A stretch of DNA of 64,000 bases from Daphnia carinata (lineage: Eukaryota), in NCBI RefSeq assembly GCF_022539665.2, contig NC_081333.1, positions 8,370,001 to 8,434,000 of the forward strand, given 5' to 3'. Every line of letters begins with the position of its first letter. Within the stretch, counting starts at the first letter, position 1. The position numbers were made by a program, and so were the translations under genes. Below are positions 1 through 14,700 of this stretch, piece by piece. The notes under the pieces are model-generated. The model had not been told where the DNA came from, ran no database searches, and saw only the letters and a program-made list of their open reading frames with translations.

Positions 1-3000
1 TGTTTGGTCGGCACATCTTTGCAATTTCTTAAAGAATGCAAAGAAAAAAGAAACCGACACCTATTGTGGTCTTAGTCATTTGAAGAAAAGTCGGCCAGTT
101 CATCGTTTTCTTAGACACATTGTGTCAATTGTTAGCAGCCGAATTGAGCCAAAAGGGCGCACACTGTTCCTTCTATGGACTTGTATAGTTCACGCTTAAC
201 ATACTACCCTTTCTGTGAGAGTCGAAAAAAAGTCTTTTAAATCCATTGGTGTCCAATGAAAAGGGACTTTGGAGTCACTCTACCTTGTGTGCGATGTATA
301 CATACAGAGTAGAGAGCGCACAATGCGACATAGAGAAACACACTCCCCCCGCCGACAACAGCCGCCACTTTTGTATATACGAAATAGTTCGGAGGAAAAG
401 AAGAAACGGGAAAGAAATAACTGAATATCTTACAATGACCATAGAAGAACGATAAAAGCGCCTTCTGTACGGTGATATTGTTGTCTGAGAATGGCCATTT
501 TTTTGCGTGGGAGAAAGGCCAAGGGGGCCGTGTTGATTTGTTGAGTGCGGACGATTCCTTCATTGTTGTTATCAATGCGCATAGGTCAATGTTTCACGGG
601 ACTTGTGAATGAAAAAGCCCGATCCATTGGCGACATACATAGAGTGGTCAAAAGTTCAATACACTCTGTTCAGTATAGAATACGCTTTCTTTTCTGACAT
701 GTACAAGTGGTCATTCACCTATACAAGAGCCGTACAAATAACGCTATTTTTGTTCGTTATTGTGCACAACTCGGCACATTCTATTGGTCGATGTCTATTG
801 ATTCCGGATACAATAAAAATAATATAAGGCCCATATCCACACCATTTGACTGCAATGGAGACATTTGAGAATCAAATGTTGTTTTTTCTTCTTCTCCGAC
901 TAGACTTTCTGTTATTTTTTTACAATGGCACATAGCTCGTGTGCAACTATTTCGCTGTTTTTTTAAGAGCCCACTATTCATTGTTATTGACCTGATCGCA
1001 ACTTCCCATTCAATAAAACCATTGAACTTTCACCTGAAAAAAATGTTTTGAACATATTTCACCGTTGTTTTTTCTTTTTTGGCGACTGCTATATCCAATA
1101 CTGCACACCATTGCGATGTCGAGCCATTCAAAGAAATATAAAACCATTAAACAAGATTGCGACCCTTATCCCTAGCAAAAAAAAAAAAAAACAAGCGATA
1201 AAAAACAATCCAATAACGTACAGAGGGCACGCGCTTTCTGCCAAAAGACACAGACAGTGTTCCAGCATCAAAGCGTAAGAGAAGTTGACCCCAATGAGTG
1301 TTTTTTTGTAGAGCAAAAAAAAAAAAAAAATAATGGCCGATATAGTTGGGGTACTGGAGTAGTAATGGGTGTCACAGAGACAGGGGATAGTTCATTGTCA
1401 TTTCTCGTGGTGTTGTTTCTTTGCTATTTTTTTCGGCTGCATTCATCTTGTTTTTTTGCGGAATATAAGCAGAAGGGAGGGGGGCAGGCAAAAAGGAGCC
1501 TATTGGTCACAGTCGATTAAAATAAAAGGTGAGAGACATAGAAAATAGACACAGAAAGATATGTCATCTGTCTGCTGGTCGAGACTCTTCTAGTCCCCCC
1601 CTTTTAGTAGGCAGTTTAGATTCAGGTGCGCCCGGCGCCCCGTTGCTGTCGGTTAGTATGGCCGTGGTGTTGAATATACGAGCCCGTGCAAAATAAAAAG
1701 AATCTCTCTCTCTCGAAAAAAAATAAACTCGGACTACAAGGTGGAGAAAGACAGAGTATGGCAGGCATTCAGAAGCCATAAAGGAGCTAAAGAATGGGCC
1801 TACAATGGGTCAAACGCGGTTTTGATGAAGTGTGTCCCCCCGTGTCGCCGTCGCCGCGCTAAAGGATTCCGACATCGGGAAATAACACGCTGAAAAAACT
1901 GTGCTCTATCGAACAATAAGGGACAATGTGATCATAAGAAATAATGGGAAAGAAGGGAGGGTTGACTCCAAAGCCAATTCCATCAGACAACAAAAGAAGA
2001 AGAATTGAAAAAAACCTTTCCTCTCATCGATTTGTCTTTTATTCTCGTTTTTTTTCTGTCTGAAAAATTTTGATACGTTCCCATTATACACATGAGACGA
2101 TTGAACCGTGACCTGTGCCCACCCTTCAATTTTTCCTTACAAGTCCTTGGGATTTCTTCGATCGATTCGGCACACATGAAAAGAAGGAAACATTGGCCGA
2201 TTTCGCCATATCGTCGCAACGTTTGTTGCCAAAAAAAAAAAAAGGGACCAGCCGAAACAATCAAACCATTTCGGTTTTGACCTTCTATTGCTTGTTTCTA
2301 ACAGGACAACAACAGCCCCGTCTCTTGTTTTTCTTCGCATTTACAATATGCAACCGAATCGCCCTTGTTTCTGCTTTGATGTGGCGGCCCGACCCCAACT
2401 CAAACAGACGTGCAAACTGCACACCGCGGCGACTAGCCGTTTTTTTTTTGCCCCCTTTTTTTTTGCCGCCATTGCAAAATATCTCCAGCCCTCTTTTCGG
2501 TAGATTTTATTAGTTGTTCAGCAAGCGAAAAAAAAAATGTCCCTACAAAAGCAACGGTTAACGACGCTCCTATATTTATTCCGCTATGAGGTAGCTCTAA
2601 GAGCACGGGCGCCGAATCGAACGGGGCTACTGTACCGCATCATAAACTTTGTTTTTTTCCCAAAAGAAAAATGTTTTCGCCTATTCTGATTTTTATTTGA
2701 CGTGCTAAAAACAGCATCGAATTTATTTATTCTTAAATTTGAGAGCCTGACGCTTTGACCCTGCAGCGACATGACGCGCATATACGCACTTGTTCAAAGA
2801 ATAACATCAGCAGAGGAAAAACGACTAGTGTGAACAAGTCTAATGCCTTTTTCACTTGGCCTAACCCATCCACAGGGGGGCAGCCATGGAATCACCTCTT
2901 GTGATCTTGTAGACATTCTTTCCTTGTCAACAAAAAAGTGAAATCAATGCATCTGGGCAGGGGGGGTTAGAAATGAAAACTTTGGAAGAAGAATAGCCAA

Positions 3001-6000
3001 TTGTAGGTCTTTTTGTACCTTTTGCAGTCCTCTCTTTCGTTGCCCGACTCAACTGGAGGAGAAGAAAAAAGCGCGGTGTCTGGAACAGTGGAAACATTGA
3101 AAGCCAAAAGAATATAAAGGAGCGTAGGAGGGCACAACTGGTCTCCAAACAATGCAAGACTATAGAAGGAAAAATGGACAAGAGATAAAAAGGACTATCA
3201 TCACTGAAAGAACAACAAGTTTTGAAAACCTTCAAAAGAATACGAAGAACATATTGGAGACACTTCTAAAAATGGTGAAATGATAACCAAAATCATAAGT
3301 TTTGACTGTTTGCAGAATTTTTTTTTATTCTCGTCTGTCAGTTCACGACTCGTTGCGGATCTCACGTTCATTTCTTCTTTATCGCGTGTTTCGCTTCTAA
3401 CCCTATATAGCTTTCGTCATGGAACGATAAGATCGCGTGACGTGGGACGCTTCCATTTATAAACACACTCGTATTTTCCTGAAATCTTTCTATATGAATG
3501 TCTTGTCGGATTTTGTTGTTGTTATGTAGTCAGGGGGGTCACGGAAGATCCAATAAGGGAGAGTCGATATAACGTTTTCATATTTTTACGAGTCTTTGAT
3601 TCGTGTGGGAAAAAAAAAGTCAGAACGATAGAGCCAGTAGAAAAAAAAAACCTGAAGATGTGTGAAAGAATTGGAAAGTATCGACTAAGCAAGGAAGCCG
3701 TAAACGGTCAAGCCTTGATTGGATAACGGCCTCTGCGTACAAGGGACTTTTGTTGCCTTTCGTTCGTCTCGATCCATCCGTCCCATAAGTTTATTGTTTC
3801 GGGTGAGATAGTTTTCCGCTATCCGTTTAACTCTGTGTACGTTCGTCCCGTGCCCTATGGAGCTAGACGTCATAAATTTCAGTCCGGCTCTCGCCCCCCT
3901 TTTCTTCCTTGGGTATCGCCGCATCTCGTTTTTTTTTTTAGATTTTTACTCTTCCCATTTCTTTTTAAAAAGCCCAACACTTGACACACCGCGAAGCAAT
4001 CTCTTGTATATATCTCGGCAGCAGCTTTGTTTTTATGTAAAAAAAAAAAAAAACTGTAAACATTTATATGACATTGTGTTTCCCTTTTTTTTAAGGAGCC
4101 GCCCGCACATCTTCGGTTGCACACACAATCATCGCCTCATAGTGCCCCCCTTTTTTTTGTGTATATTGTTTACTGTTTTTGTTTTCGTGTCCGTTTCGCT
4201 TTGAGACTTTGACTGAATCTAATCGGAATAGAGCTGCCGCGTTTTAACCCAGAACGAAGCTTGGCCCCATTGGCCTTAACTTTGCACTTTGCTCCGTCGG
4301 TTAGCAACAAGAACTTTAATCAATTAAAAGAAAAAAATATGAAATCCAAGCCTTTTGTTTGCTTAGATGTTAAAATGTTGAAGTAAACGTAATGCTGTAC
4401 TCCTTTCTTGTATTCGAAAAAAAACTCCATTCTCCACCCAGGTAAAAAAAAAAAAACACGTATGCAGTTACATCACCTGCTGGCTAGATGGCGTTGTTGT
4501 TGCCAGGAATCACAGGTGAGAGAAGAAAAAAAGGAAGAAAAACGCAAGAGGAAGGGCGAACCCAACGAACGACTTCCACGTCATCCGATAGTTGGAGTTG
4601 GGAGTCGGTAAAAGATCTGAAGACGTATCATAAGCACGGCCAGGATATGAGTCACCCCTTTAACAACAACAAAAAAAAAACTGTTTCCTATTACATTTTT
4701 ATAGCCACGTAACAAGAAACGAAACACGTGTGGTAAAAGCATTTCTGAAAAATCATGACAAACATCCTGCTCCGTGGATTTGCCCGGTCCCGACCAATTT
4801 CTTAGCAGGGTTTACAAAGAAATTCGGTGCTGTGTGATCTTTCGCACCATTCAGCGAGAGAGATTCGGGCCTTTTGTCTAACCTTTCGGTTTCATCCATT
4901 TCGTAAGTTCGTGAGTCACAAGTCACAATAATAAGCCCAGTCGAAAGACGATCGTCACAAACGTCGTTGTTGTCACGACAGAAAAACCTTTTTTTTATTT
5001 TCATGCAAACAAACAACTCAAAAAATGTCGGTCGAAGAAAGGAATTTTATAGACGGACAAAGAAAAAGAAAAAGGAAGAATTACGATATTTTTTGGGGGG
5101 CGGCGTGTTTCATTCACGACAGAGGAAAGGAAAATAGAAAAACGTCTGACTCGTCATTGTCACTCTTTTGATTGACCATCGTCTTAAATGTCACACAATT
5201 TAAAGTGCGTACCTCTTTACCTGTCATTAACTCCCTGCCAAGTACGTGCTTTCTACTGAACGGCATTCGCACACAGTAGAGAAATCAAAGAAGAAATAAA
5301 AGCCGGGCAGCCGATAAGCCACGTATTGTATTGTTATTTGTTGTGTGTCTTCGGCAGCTCGTCATGTGAGAAAACTTGAAAAAACGGCAGTTTTTGTCCT
5401 AAGATAAAAGGCCGCCTGATGTGAGAAACCAACTAGCCGTAGCGTATCACATATAAATTTTGACCAACGAGGCAACAACTATTTTTTTTTTTTTTAATAA
5501 CTTCTTTTTTTTTTTTCTTCCCTCACTGTATACTGTAAATCGTGAATAGTTTATAGCTTAAAGGAAAACGCCCACGCACGAAAGAAGGCCGTCAGTTTTT
5601 TTTTATTTTTGGCGTCCACTTCTCGATGCGCAGACGGGATCGAATAAGAGGCTGGCGATGATAATCGGCGTGAGATCATGCAGACACAGCGGAGCGGCAC
5701 GTCCGCATCTCTTATACGACCAGAAACGGTTAGTTGTTTTTACCAGCGCCATTAAATGGCGCGGGCTTCTTTCTATCCCTTTTTTTTTTTTTTTTCTTTT
5801 TTTGGCGTTGTGTCAAAGCGGGCGGGGTTCTTTTTTGCTCCTGCAGAGCTTCCGATTTTTACAGCGAAAAGTCCGTTCGATCATCCAGCAGCTGCGCTAA
5901 CGTCGCCTTCTAGTCGTAGAGACGCTACTATTAGGATTTTTATCGAAAAAAGGGTGTTGAAAGCAGCTAAAGAAAATAATAATAAAAAAAAAAAGCTTCT

Positions 6001-9000
6001 GTCGTTTTTGTTTTGTTTCTTTTTGGGAGGAAGATGCGGGCGATGGGCGCAGGTTTTTGGGTTGCGGAATGAAAACCGTAGTTAATCGATATCTAAAAAA
6101 CACCCTTTTTCCTAAAAACGCAATGGTGCGTGGGTTTTGTTGTCCTTATTGGCAAATGACGAAGAGGATTTGAATGATCCGAATTTTTTCTTATTTTTTG
6201 ATCGTTTTCTTTAAAAGAAAGGTTTGTGTTTCGTTACAGTGTCTGGTCATTTATTCTCTTGTTTTTAGTGTCGTATCAAGTGTCTTTCGAGCTGCGATTA
6301 TCTGCATCGATTCGTCGGAATGGGAAGAAACAACAAGGCCAGATTTTTTTTTTTCTTTCTCTTCAAACAAGGAAAGAAAAAGGATCGCCTAAATGGGAAA
6401 CCCGGCGAAAGAGACGGTCAAAACCGCGGGACCAACGAGCCCCAAAGTAGATATTAAATACATAATGTAAAGAGATATACGAGTCAGAGATTTTAAGACC
6501 TTAGTGGCTATATAGAAATGGGAGGAGGAGCCCATTACGGGCGATGAGGTCACTCGTTCTCATCATCATTAACGGCAGCGTCGGGGCCGTTCATTAGAGA
6601 CCTATATCGAGTTGGCGCCTCTTGCCTAACGGGTTATAACACGCAAAAGAAATGAAACAGGTATACACAAAAAAAAAGGAGAGGCTAATTCAGCGAAAAA
6701 AGAAGGGAAAAAAAAGGGTCTCCGTGTCAGTTCATTATGCAAGTTTTTTTTCTTTTCCTCTTCCGTGAGCTGTCTTGCTCGATTTGGATGTCGAAGACAT
6801 ACACGCAACAAGAATACAACAATCTGCTACATACCCAACAATCTTCCTGGGTATTGTGTATGATATTTTCGGAAAGAAGAAGAATGTGCCACTAGGATGG
6901 CAGCGTTTCAAAACAAATCGTTAGTGTATTTCTTTTTTTTTTTTAAGTTATATTTCGCCCTTTAATTTTATTTGTGTATAGCCATCCACAAACCCCGGCG
7001 GGCTTTGTAGATCGACGATGATGATGGAGCCGTGCCCGTATTTTTTTGTGTGTGTTGCCTTTCGGCTGCGATAATCCTTTCGGGACTGGGCATTAGCATC
7101 GATGAACCATTCGAATATAATCAACACAACAATGGCTAAGGCACGTATCATGAATTTCACCTATTCAAAAATATGGATGTGTTTCTCTTATATTTTTTTA
7201 TTTTTAACCTTCTCTCACAAAAAAGATCGACTAGAATCACGCCGTTTTTCTTGCCGCACACAACGGGAATCTTCCAAACCTTTTTTCCCAATTGAGGCAC
7301 ATTGAAAAAAAAACAAAATAAGAATAACGTTTGATTTCAAAATTTCCTTGTGCCTTGGAAATCACCGTTGAAAAGTTCTTCGGGAATGTATTCGACACGT
7401 TGGGAACAGTCGACACTGTAACACTATTGTTTCTCTGTGGGAGAGAAATGATAAACGCGAACGATTTTCTAATTCCGAACAATTCATTCTTTTCTTCGCC
7501 CCGGCCATTTCCATGGTGATGAGCGTTCACGGGGGGATGAACGTGACTTTGCTGGCCTTTATTTTATTCAAAACGCATCCCGTCGTATGGCGAGAAACTA
7601 GAAGGGAAGAACAACAGAAAAAAAAGAGATCTGTTGTTTGATATTTGCGTATAGATCGTGTCAGCAGTTGACAACAAATCATCAACTCTGCGTGCAATAC
7701 TCACGTACCACCCATCACCACTGCCAGGTGTAGGAACAAGCCGTGAGGCTGTATGAACCAAAGAATTTTCGAATGTCGGACGCCTCGACGTCTGGACTAA
7801 TAAATATCCCTCGGATACACATTAAATACGCCAAAATGGCCCGTGTTTTCTTCTGTTTTATTCAACAATGGGGAAAGGTTTCCCCAGTCAGCAACTTTGT
7901 CAAGATTTTTGCTGCTTTGTTGTTGTTTTTTTGTTTTTTTTTCAGTTCTCCCCATGACGTGGTCATTGTTTCATTTTGTCAACTCCACGTCCATCCTATA
8001 GACACAAGGATACACACACACACAAGAATAAAAGAAGGTTCTTTTTATTTTTTTTCAAGTTCTCGGCCGTCTCGCCCTTCTCTTTCGTGTTCCATTCAGT
8101 TTGTCACTGTCCGTGGCTGCCGATCTCGAATCAAGAATAATGACGAGGTCTCCTAGGCAACAGGCCAACAACTGAAGAAGAGACACACACACACATACAC
8201 GACTTGTTGCCCATTGTTGCATATAGAGACGGACAGGAATGGGAGAAGGGAAAAAAAAAAAGAAAAAGAAAGACGGAAAACTGTTCCTCCTTGGCGTATA
8301 GATCAGCTTTACGGATTACGTGGATGCTGTTGCAGCAAGAAGAAGAAAAATATATAAAAGAATGGACGCAATAAAGGGAAAGAAAAAATAAAAATATTTC
8401 AAAAGGGAAGATGAATATCGTCCGAAAAAGAGGAGAAGAATGAACGCAAGCAGAGGGAGAGGAGAGCTATCTAGGTGGAAAATGTCCTATACGGAAAAAA
8501 AAAAAAGAAGAAGAGCCTGAGGAATTCGGCGATCCCGCAGTGCACACACGTTCTGGTTGTTGGTGTGCCCGGCGGGCAGCTCTTGCGGCAAACTCATCTC
8601 TTTTTTCTTATTTTTTTTTTTTTTTTTATCTTCTTAAAATGTTGTTTCGAAGTCGAGACTGATGAATTCAGAGAGCCCATCTGGCAGTATGGAGCATCGA
8701 CAAAACGAAAAAAGAAACAGAAATTTCAGACTTTTGGAATCAACTCACGGTCTGACCGTTCGCCTGCCAAATTCCGAGATTCTCGTTGACAGACACACCA
8801 AAACGAGAAAAGGGCATTTTTTTATTTTTGTTTCTTTGTCTTTTATTCTTCCTTGCTTTTTCTAATCTTATCCTAAACAGGTTCTAATTAGCAAAGACTA
8901 GCAACGAAAAAAAAACAAAACAAAAGCATCGACTCGAATTGCATTAACATTTCAGTTCTAAACATGGTAACTCCTGGTTACTATCCGGGGCCCCCACTTT

Positions 9001-10424
9001 AACAATCGAATCCATGTCTGAATAGTGTCTGAGTGCAGAGCTGGTATCCGGTCCATCTCTCTATCACTAATTCCCTTGAAAAAACATTATTCAGTAGCAG
9101 AGAGCTCGTCTACACACACACACACACACACACCAAAACTCGTTACATATGGAGTGTTGAATGTGTTGGCTCATTTCTCTACGAATCGATTGAATATGTA
9201 TGAAACAACTCATTTGGCGCTGAGGAAAATCGAAAACACGAAACGAATTGCAGAAAAATGCTGTAGGAAAAAAAAAAAAAGATCGCTGCGCAATATTCGA
9301 CGCGTAATTGCGATCTTCGTTTCAAATGGAATATCAATAAAATTTTTGGCATCAGACATCGGTCTCGAACCAAAAAGAAAATAATAATTGGGAGCAGGAC
9401 CACCAACAGATTTCAAAATGTACATGAAAGTTGATTAGCCGCCATCAACTGAGTCGTTCCAGACGGCCATTTGAATCGAAACGCACTAAGTGCCGCCCAA
9501 TCAGAGATGATTAATGCTCAACGAGAGCACAAGGTAGAAAAAAAAAAGAAAGGCATCAACAGCTGCTGCGTTATAATTTCAGTTATAGCACTTTCGGATC
9601 TAGAGTAATTCGTCCAGCTTTGCCTCAGGTCTAGACTACGTACAGGTACATCATTTAAATATGTTAATGATTCTTTGAAAAACATCGGCATTATTCAAAT
9701 GGAGGGCCGGCAAGTGAAGAGACGAAATGATCGGCACGGCTACGAAGTTTTCATTGTGGGCCGTCACAGACAAAGCTGGAGGGGATCGTTTGATCTGTAT
9801 ATAGTTATGTTTCTATATAACGTTGGTGCAAATGAACCTGACTCGATTCGATCAGCTTCGGCCCTCTTTTCATTGGCTGCACAAATGATGCTATAAAAAC
9901 TGGAACTTGGTTGAAAAAAAAAAGAAAGATGTAGAAGATTGCGGCATTCACAGGTCGATCAGTTACACTCGTAAAAATAGAAAATCTATTGATTTGTTGG
10001 ACGAGTTTTTGCTTTCTTTTTCGTAGTGGTTTCACTCAAAAAGATAAACGAGCCAATCGTTTTATTGGTGGGTGGCACACACACACCTTCTCAAAATCAA
10101 GGATGTGTGACCGGTCGATAATTGCCTGTGTACAAATGGAAGACGCAATAAAAAGGCTCGAAAAAGTCCATCAACACGAATACCTGATTTTTGTATTCAC
10201 CAGCATATTTTTTTATAGATATATAACAGACGATTACAGACACATAGACACCCAAAAAAAAAAAGGATCAAAAATTAAAATATCAACAGACATAGACCAT
10301 ATGAATATCCCGCACACTAGTTGATTGATCGCAATTAATTCCTTGAATTGAGATTGGTTGGACACACACATGTTTTTGTAGCACGATTTCTTATTTTAAA
10401 AAATTGCGTCAAATACGCAAGTAT

Positions 10425-10427
<3 letters not shown>

Positions 10428-10464
<37 letters not shown>
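10428..10464. repeat. (TC)n microsatellite
   Basis: About 18 uninterrupted TC units followed by CA repeats. Confidence 0.9.
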
Positions 10465-10471
<7 letters not shown>

Positions 10472-11373
10472 TACACAGACACACACAAAAGAAAGAGAAT
10501 AAACTACAACTATATTATTATTATTTTTATCGTGGGGGGGTTCTTCTTTCTTTTGTCCTGTCTCTTACATTGGAATTTTTTCTATTCTTACATTCAACCT
10601 GTTTGTATTTTATAGACGGTAAAAGGTGGGGTCTCGGGAATGTTTCAGGGGAGAGAGAAAAACCTTGAGTGAAAAAGAAAATAACTTTGAAAAAAAAAAA
10701 AATATATATGTTGTATGCCTCCAGTCTCTCTCAGAGAGAACCTATACAATCCCAGCAGGAAGGCCACAGATGGTCGTCAGCGCGCGCACCTGAGGAGAAC
10801 TTTTGAATAAAACGAAAAAAAGGAATAGAAGAGCAGCAGCGGAATGAGTAGCATCATTCCAGCCGCTTCTGCTCACTTTCTTTTTTTTTTTTTACTTCTT
10901 ATCCCTCTCTACTTTTATGCAAAAACTACATGCTTCCCTCTGTACTTGTATAATGTATTCAAAAAAAAAAAAAAAGGTGTAAGAGATTTGCAAGGAGAAA
11001 TCAGCAGCACTTGGGTGTTTCTATAGCATTTACTGTCACGCAAAATATGTTCTACGGTGCGAGCTTCATCACATTGCACGCAGAAGGTGGCGATCATGGG
11101 AGCCTCGTTTCAGGGTGAGAGTTTTACATGTTCTCTCGACAAAGAGAGAGAGCGAGAGACCGGGAGCCTTGGACAATTAAAAAAGAAAAAAATCACGAAA
11201 AATAAATTTGATGAAATGGACAAGAAAGATGTAGAAGAAAATTTAGTAGAACGATTTGGCACCGATTCAACCAAAAGTAGAAAAGCCTCATCTCCATATT
11301 CTTGACATAATAATTGTGATTTGATTCTTATAAAAAAAAAAGAATATAAAATAAAACACAAAGCAATTGAGTA

Positions 11374-11381
11374 TATCACAG
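11374..11381 (-). promoter_or_regulatory. K-box (CTGTGATA), miR-2/11/13 family seed match in the bowl 3' UTR
   Basis: TATCACAG on the plus strand, about 320 nt past the bowl stop. Further TGTGAT cores at 11523-11528 and 11068-11073. Confidence 0.45.
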
Positions 11382-11702
11382 AAGCGCGTACACGGTCAAT
11401 GTTGCGTGAATTCTGAAAAATCGGCTGAGCTGTTTACTGCGAGCGGCGGAGATCGATCATTAAAAGCGCTGCAATTTAAAAAAAAACAAAAAAAAACAAA
11501 CGAAACAATGTTTGGCGCTGTCATCACACCGTCGTCTCAACACTGTGTCCTATTTTGTTTTTCTTCACAACATTCGTGTGATGCTGTACAATTTAGGTAT
11601 TTATACGTATTGAACGTGGACGTTGAACCACTGGGGACCCACACCCACACACGCGTGAAAAAAAAGGAACGTCTTTTTCTTTGAAACTTGGAGTTGGGTT
11701 TT

Positions 11703-14700
11703 TTAGCGACGCATAATGTCCTCTATACTGAAGCCAGATGGTCGCGATGGATTCATCGGACGTGCCGCCGGAGGTGGAAGCAACTGGACTAAAGGCGGAG
11801 GTGGTTGAGGAGGTCCGCGGACTTCGGCGCTCATGTCAGCCGGCGCCGATTCTTTGGTTGCGGCCGCGGCAGCAGCCGCAGCGGCGGCTGCTGCTTCCGT
11901 CTGGCGGAGTAGCGCAGCCGCAGACGAAGTCGGTACAGGTGATGATGTGACTGAGATGAAAGAATCGCAAGAGTCGGATGAATCCTCCGATGTATCGACA
12001 TAATCCAGGGCCGATTTGGAGCCACTGGGGCCTGCCTCTAAATCCGAAGCGCGATTCGAATGGATCATCGAAATGCCACCGGATGATTTGCCGACAACCG
12101 ATTGCAATCCAGGCGAATGGAGGGAAGTGTCGTTGCTTTCGCTTTCAGTGCCAACGTCACCGACGGCGTGGGTCAGAGCGTGGCGACGCAAATCGCAGTT
12201 GCGACGGAAGACTTTGCCGCACGACGAACACTCGTACGGCTTCAGGTCCGTGTGAGTCAAGAGATGCGTCTTGAGGTTGGAGCGCTGGTTGAAGCTGCGA
12301 GCACAAACCGGGCACTTGTGCGGCGACTCTTCCAAGTGGAGAATGCGGTGGACGGCCAGCGTCCGCGATTGGCAGAAACCTTTGCCGCAATCGGCGCATT
12401 TGAACGGCTTCTCTTTCGAGTGAATGTAACTATAAGAGAAAAGAAAAAGAAAGGAAAATGAATAAATAAGTTAAACAATTAAGACTCATCTCCAGTAGCT
12501 GGCAGACGCATTTATCTTTGGCTCTTTTTTTTTTTTTTTTTTAATATCTTCTCCCCAAAAGGTCGAGACTTTTCCAAATTGTCTTTTAAATGTCTGGCCT
12601 TCGTCGACTGTTTTATTTTTGTTTTTCAGAAGGAGCCCCCCATTTAATCTCTCTCAGATAATCAGGAATAAAAACCAAAAAAACAAAAAACAGAAGAGGT
12701 CATTACGAAAGAGAAAAGCTTTAAAACAAAATAAAGAAGAAAAAAAAAGGGGGGGAAAACGTAGAGATTTGGGAAGCCATTATGTGGCAGTCAGGTAGTA
12801 GTAGCTTAGTGCGGGCGTAGATATACAAACATACATTTATGTATCCCACTCTCGTCTCGATATTATACGCAGTCTCGATGCTCTTGCGTTATAAAGGCAA
12901 AGTGTTGCGTCGTGGCCCCTTCTCTACACAACAATGGCGAACAGTGGCAGATAACTATCTTTTTACCTTTTCTCTCTTCGTCTTATTGTGCATATACTTT
13001 TTTTTTTTATACATTCGGCTTGTTTTCTTCTCATAGCTATTCTCATCTAGTAGCCCCCCCCCCTCTCTTTTCTCGTTTTTTAAAGACGGGTGAAAAGAGA
13101 AAAGTCAAGAAAGTTTACACTGATTTATCCGTTGTGTGTTCCCGTCTGTTTTTTGTTTTTTTTTTGTTTTGTCTTCCAACATTTTTGTACAAGCACAAAA
13201 GAACCTGCCCCCCTTTTTTGTGTACCTTCATTCCATCAAACGTCTTTTCTTCTTGCAAGTACAAAACTCGGGACAAATAGACGCACTGTGAAACAGCATT
13301 TGTTCAGAGGGTTGTCTGATGACAATGAAAATCCATGTAACCGGAATGAAATTGCATTGAAAAATTTACTTTTGCTCGTTGTTAGATGCATACACAAAAA
13401 AAAAAAAAGTTGGACGAACGTTAGGGAACGAGTTTTGTGGGTACGTTCACGTTATCCTTATGTTACATATACCAGATTTCTTGCTTCCTTTGAAATGAGA
13501 GGGGAGTATTCAGATTTGTCTAGCCAAGACCTTCAGTTCGTTTCTCGTCTTGTCTTTTTTCTATCTTCTTAACTCGCATGAAAAATCACCTCTCTTTCTC
13601 TCTCTCTTTCTTTTTCGAAATAATTTCAAGCATTTTGAATGAACAAAAGAAGAAGGACACGAAAACTTGTAAAACAAGTTGAAAAAGGTTTCGTGTCTGT
13701 GTTTCTTTTTTTATCCATCTCCTCCTCACATTATACACATACTAACGTTGTTTTTTTTTTCCTCTATTTCTTATTAGATTGTTGTTGTATAGTTGTTGTC
13801 GGGCCATTGCCATATAGGGAAGCTAGAAAGACTGTGAGAACGAACGTAACTTCCAAAAAATACCCGAAAATTCTATCGAAAAGCTTCAAAGAGTCTCTGA
13901 TGTTCAATGCAATCACACAGATATAGTGCAAAATATAATTTAAAAAAAAAAAACATTGAAATCAAAGAGATCAAAAATGTTAAGACGAAGATGCTGTTTC
14001 CTTGTTGGTCACGAAGAGTGAATTACGAACGTATTTGCTGTGTGTGTTTCCCTCCTGTTCTTGTAACTGTCTGTCTCTTTTCTTTTCAAGAGTAAAAAGA
14101 ATTCAAAGAAACTACGAAGAGAAAAAAAAAAAAAAAAAAGAAGTGGAGGTCATCTCTCGAAAATGGGCAGTCGCCGGGGCCACACAATCTTATGCGTTAG
14201 CTGCTTTTGCTCCTGCTATAGCTGCTGTTGCCGCCGCTCCTGGCTGCTCTTTTCAGCTCCTGCTGCTGGTAGCCCTTCTTCTCCTCCTCCTCTTTTTTTT
14301 TTTTCTTCTTCTTTTCTCGTGGCCCAAGGAAAAAGTTATACCTTCTCTCCTCCTATCTATCTATCCATCTATCTTTTTTCCCCTCGTTTCTTCTACGTTT
14401 CCTCTTTAAGTTCTTCTTCTTTTTCCAGTTTGTGTGTCTCGATATCTGAAAGGTGTGCGTGCCTCTGCCTGCGGGTTGTCCTACCAGCCGGCACGCCATC
14501 CACCTCCGCACAAGAAAGAAGAAGAAAAACAAAGAGAAGAAGAAGAAAATGTTTTTTTTTTTTTTTTTTTTCTCTTTTTACTTCCCCTTTGTATCTAGTT
14601 TTCCCGCTGGCCGCGTGCATTTCTTGTTATGTGATGGAAGAAGAAGAATAAGAAGAAGAAGAGATTCCTCAAAAATAACTGGGAAAACAGGTGAAGAACG

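Noticed and set aside
237..11684. Many 60-137 aa ORFs rich in Phe/Lys
   Set aside because: Products of poly-A/T tracts; no coherent splice structure or recognisable motifs.
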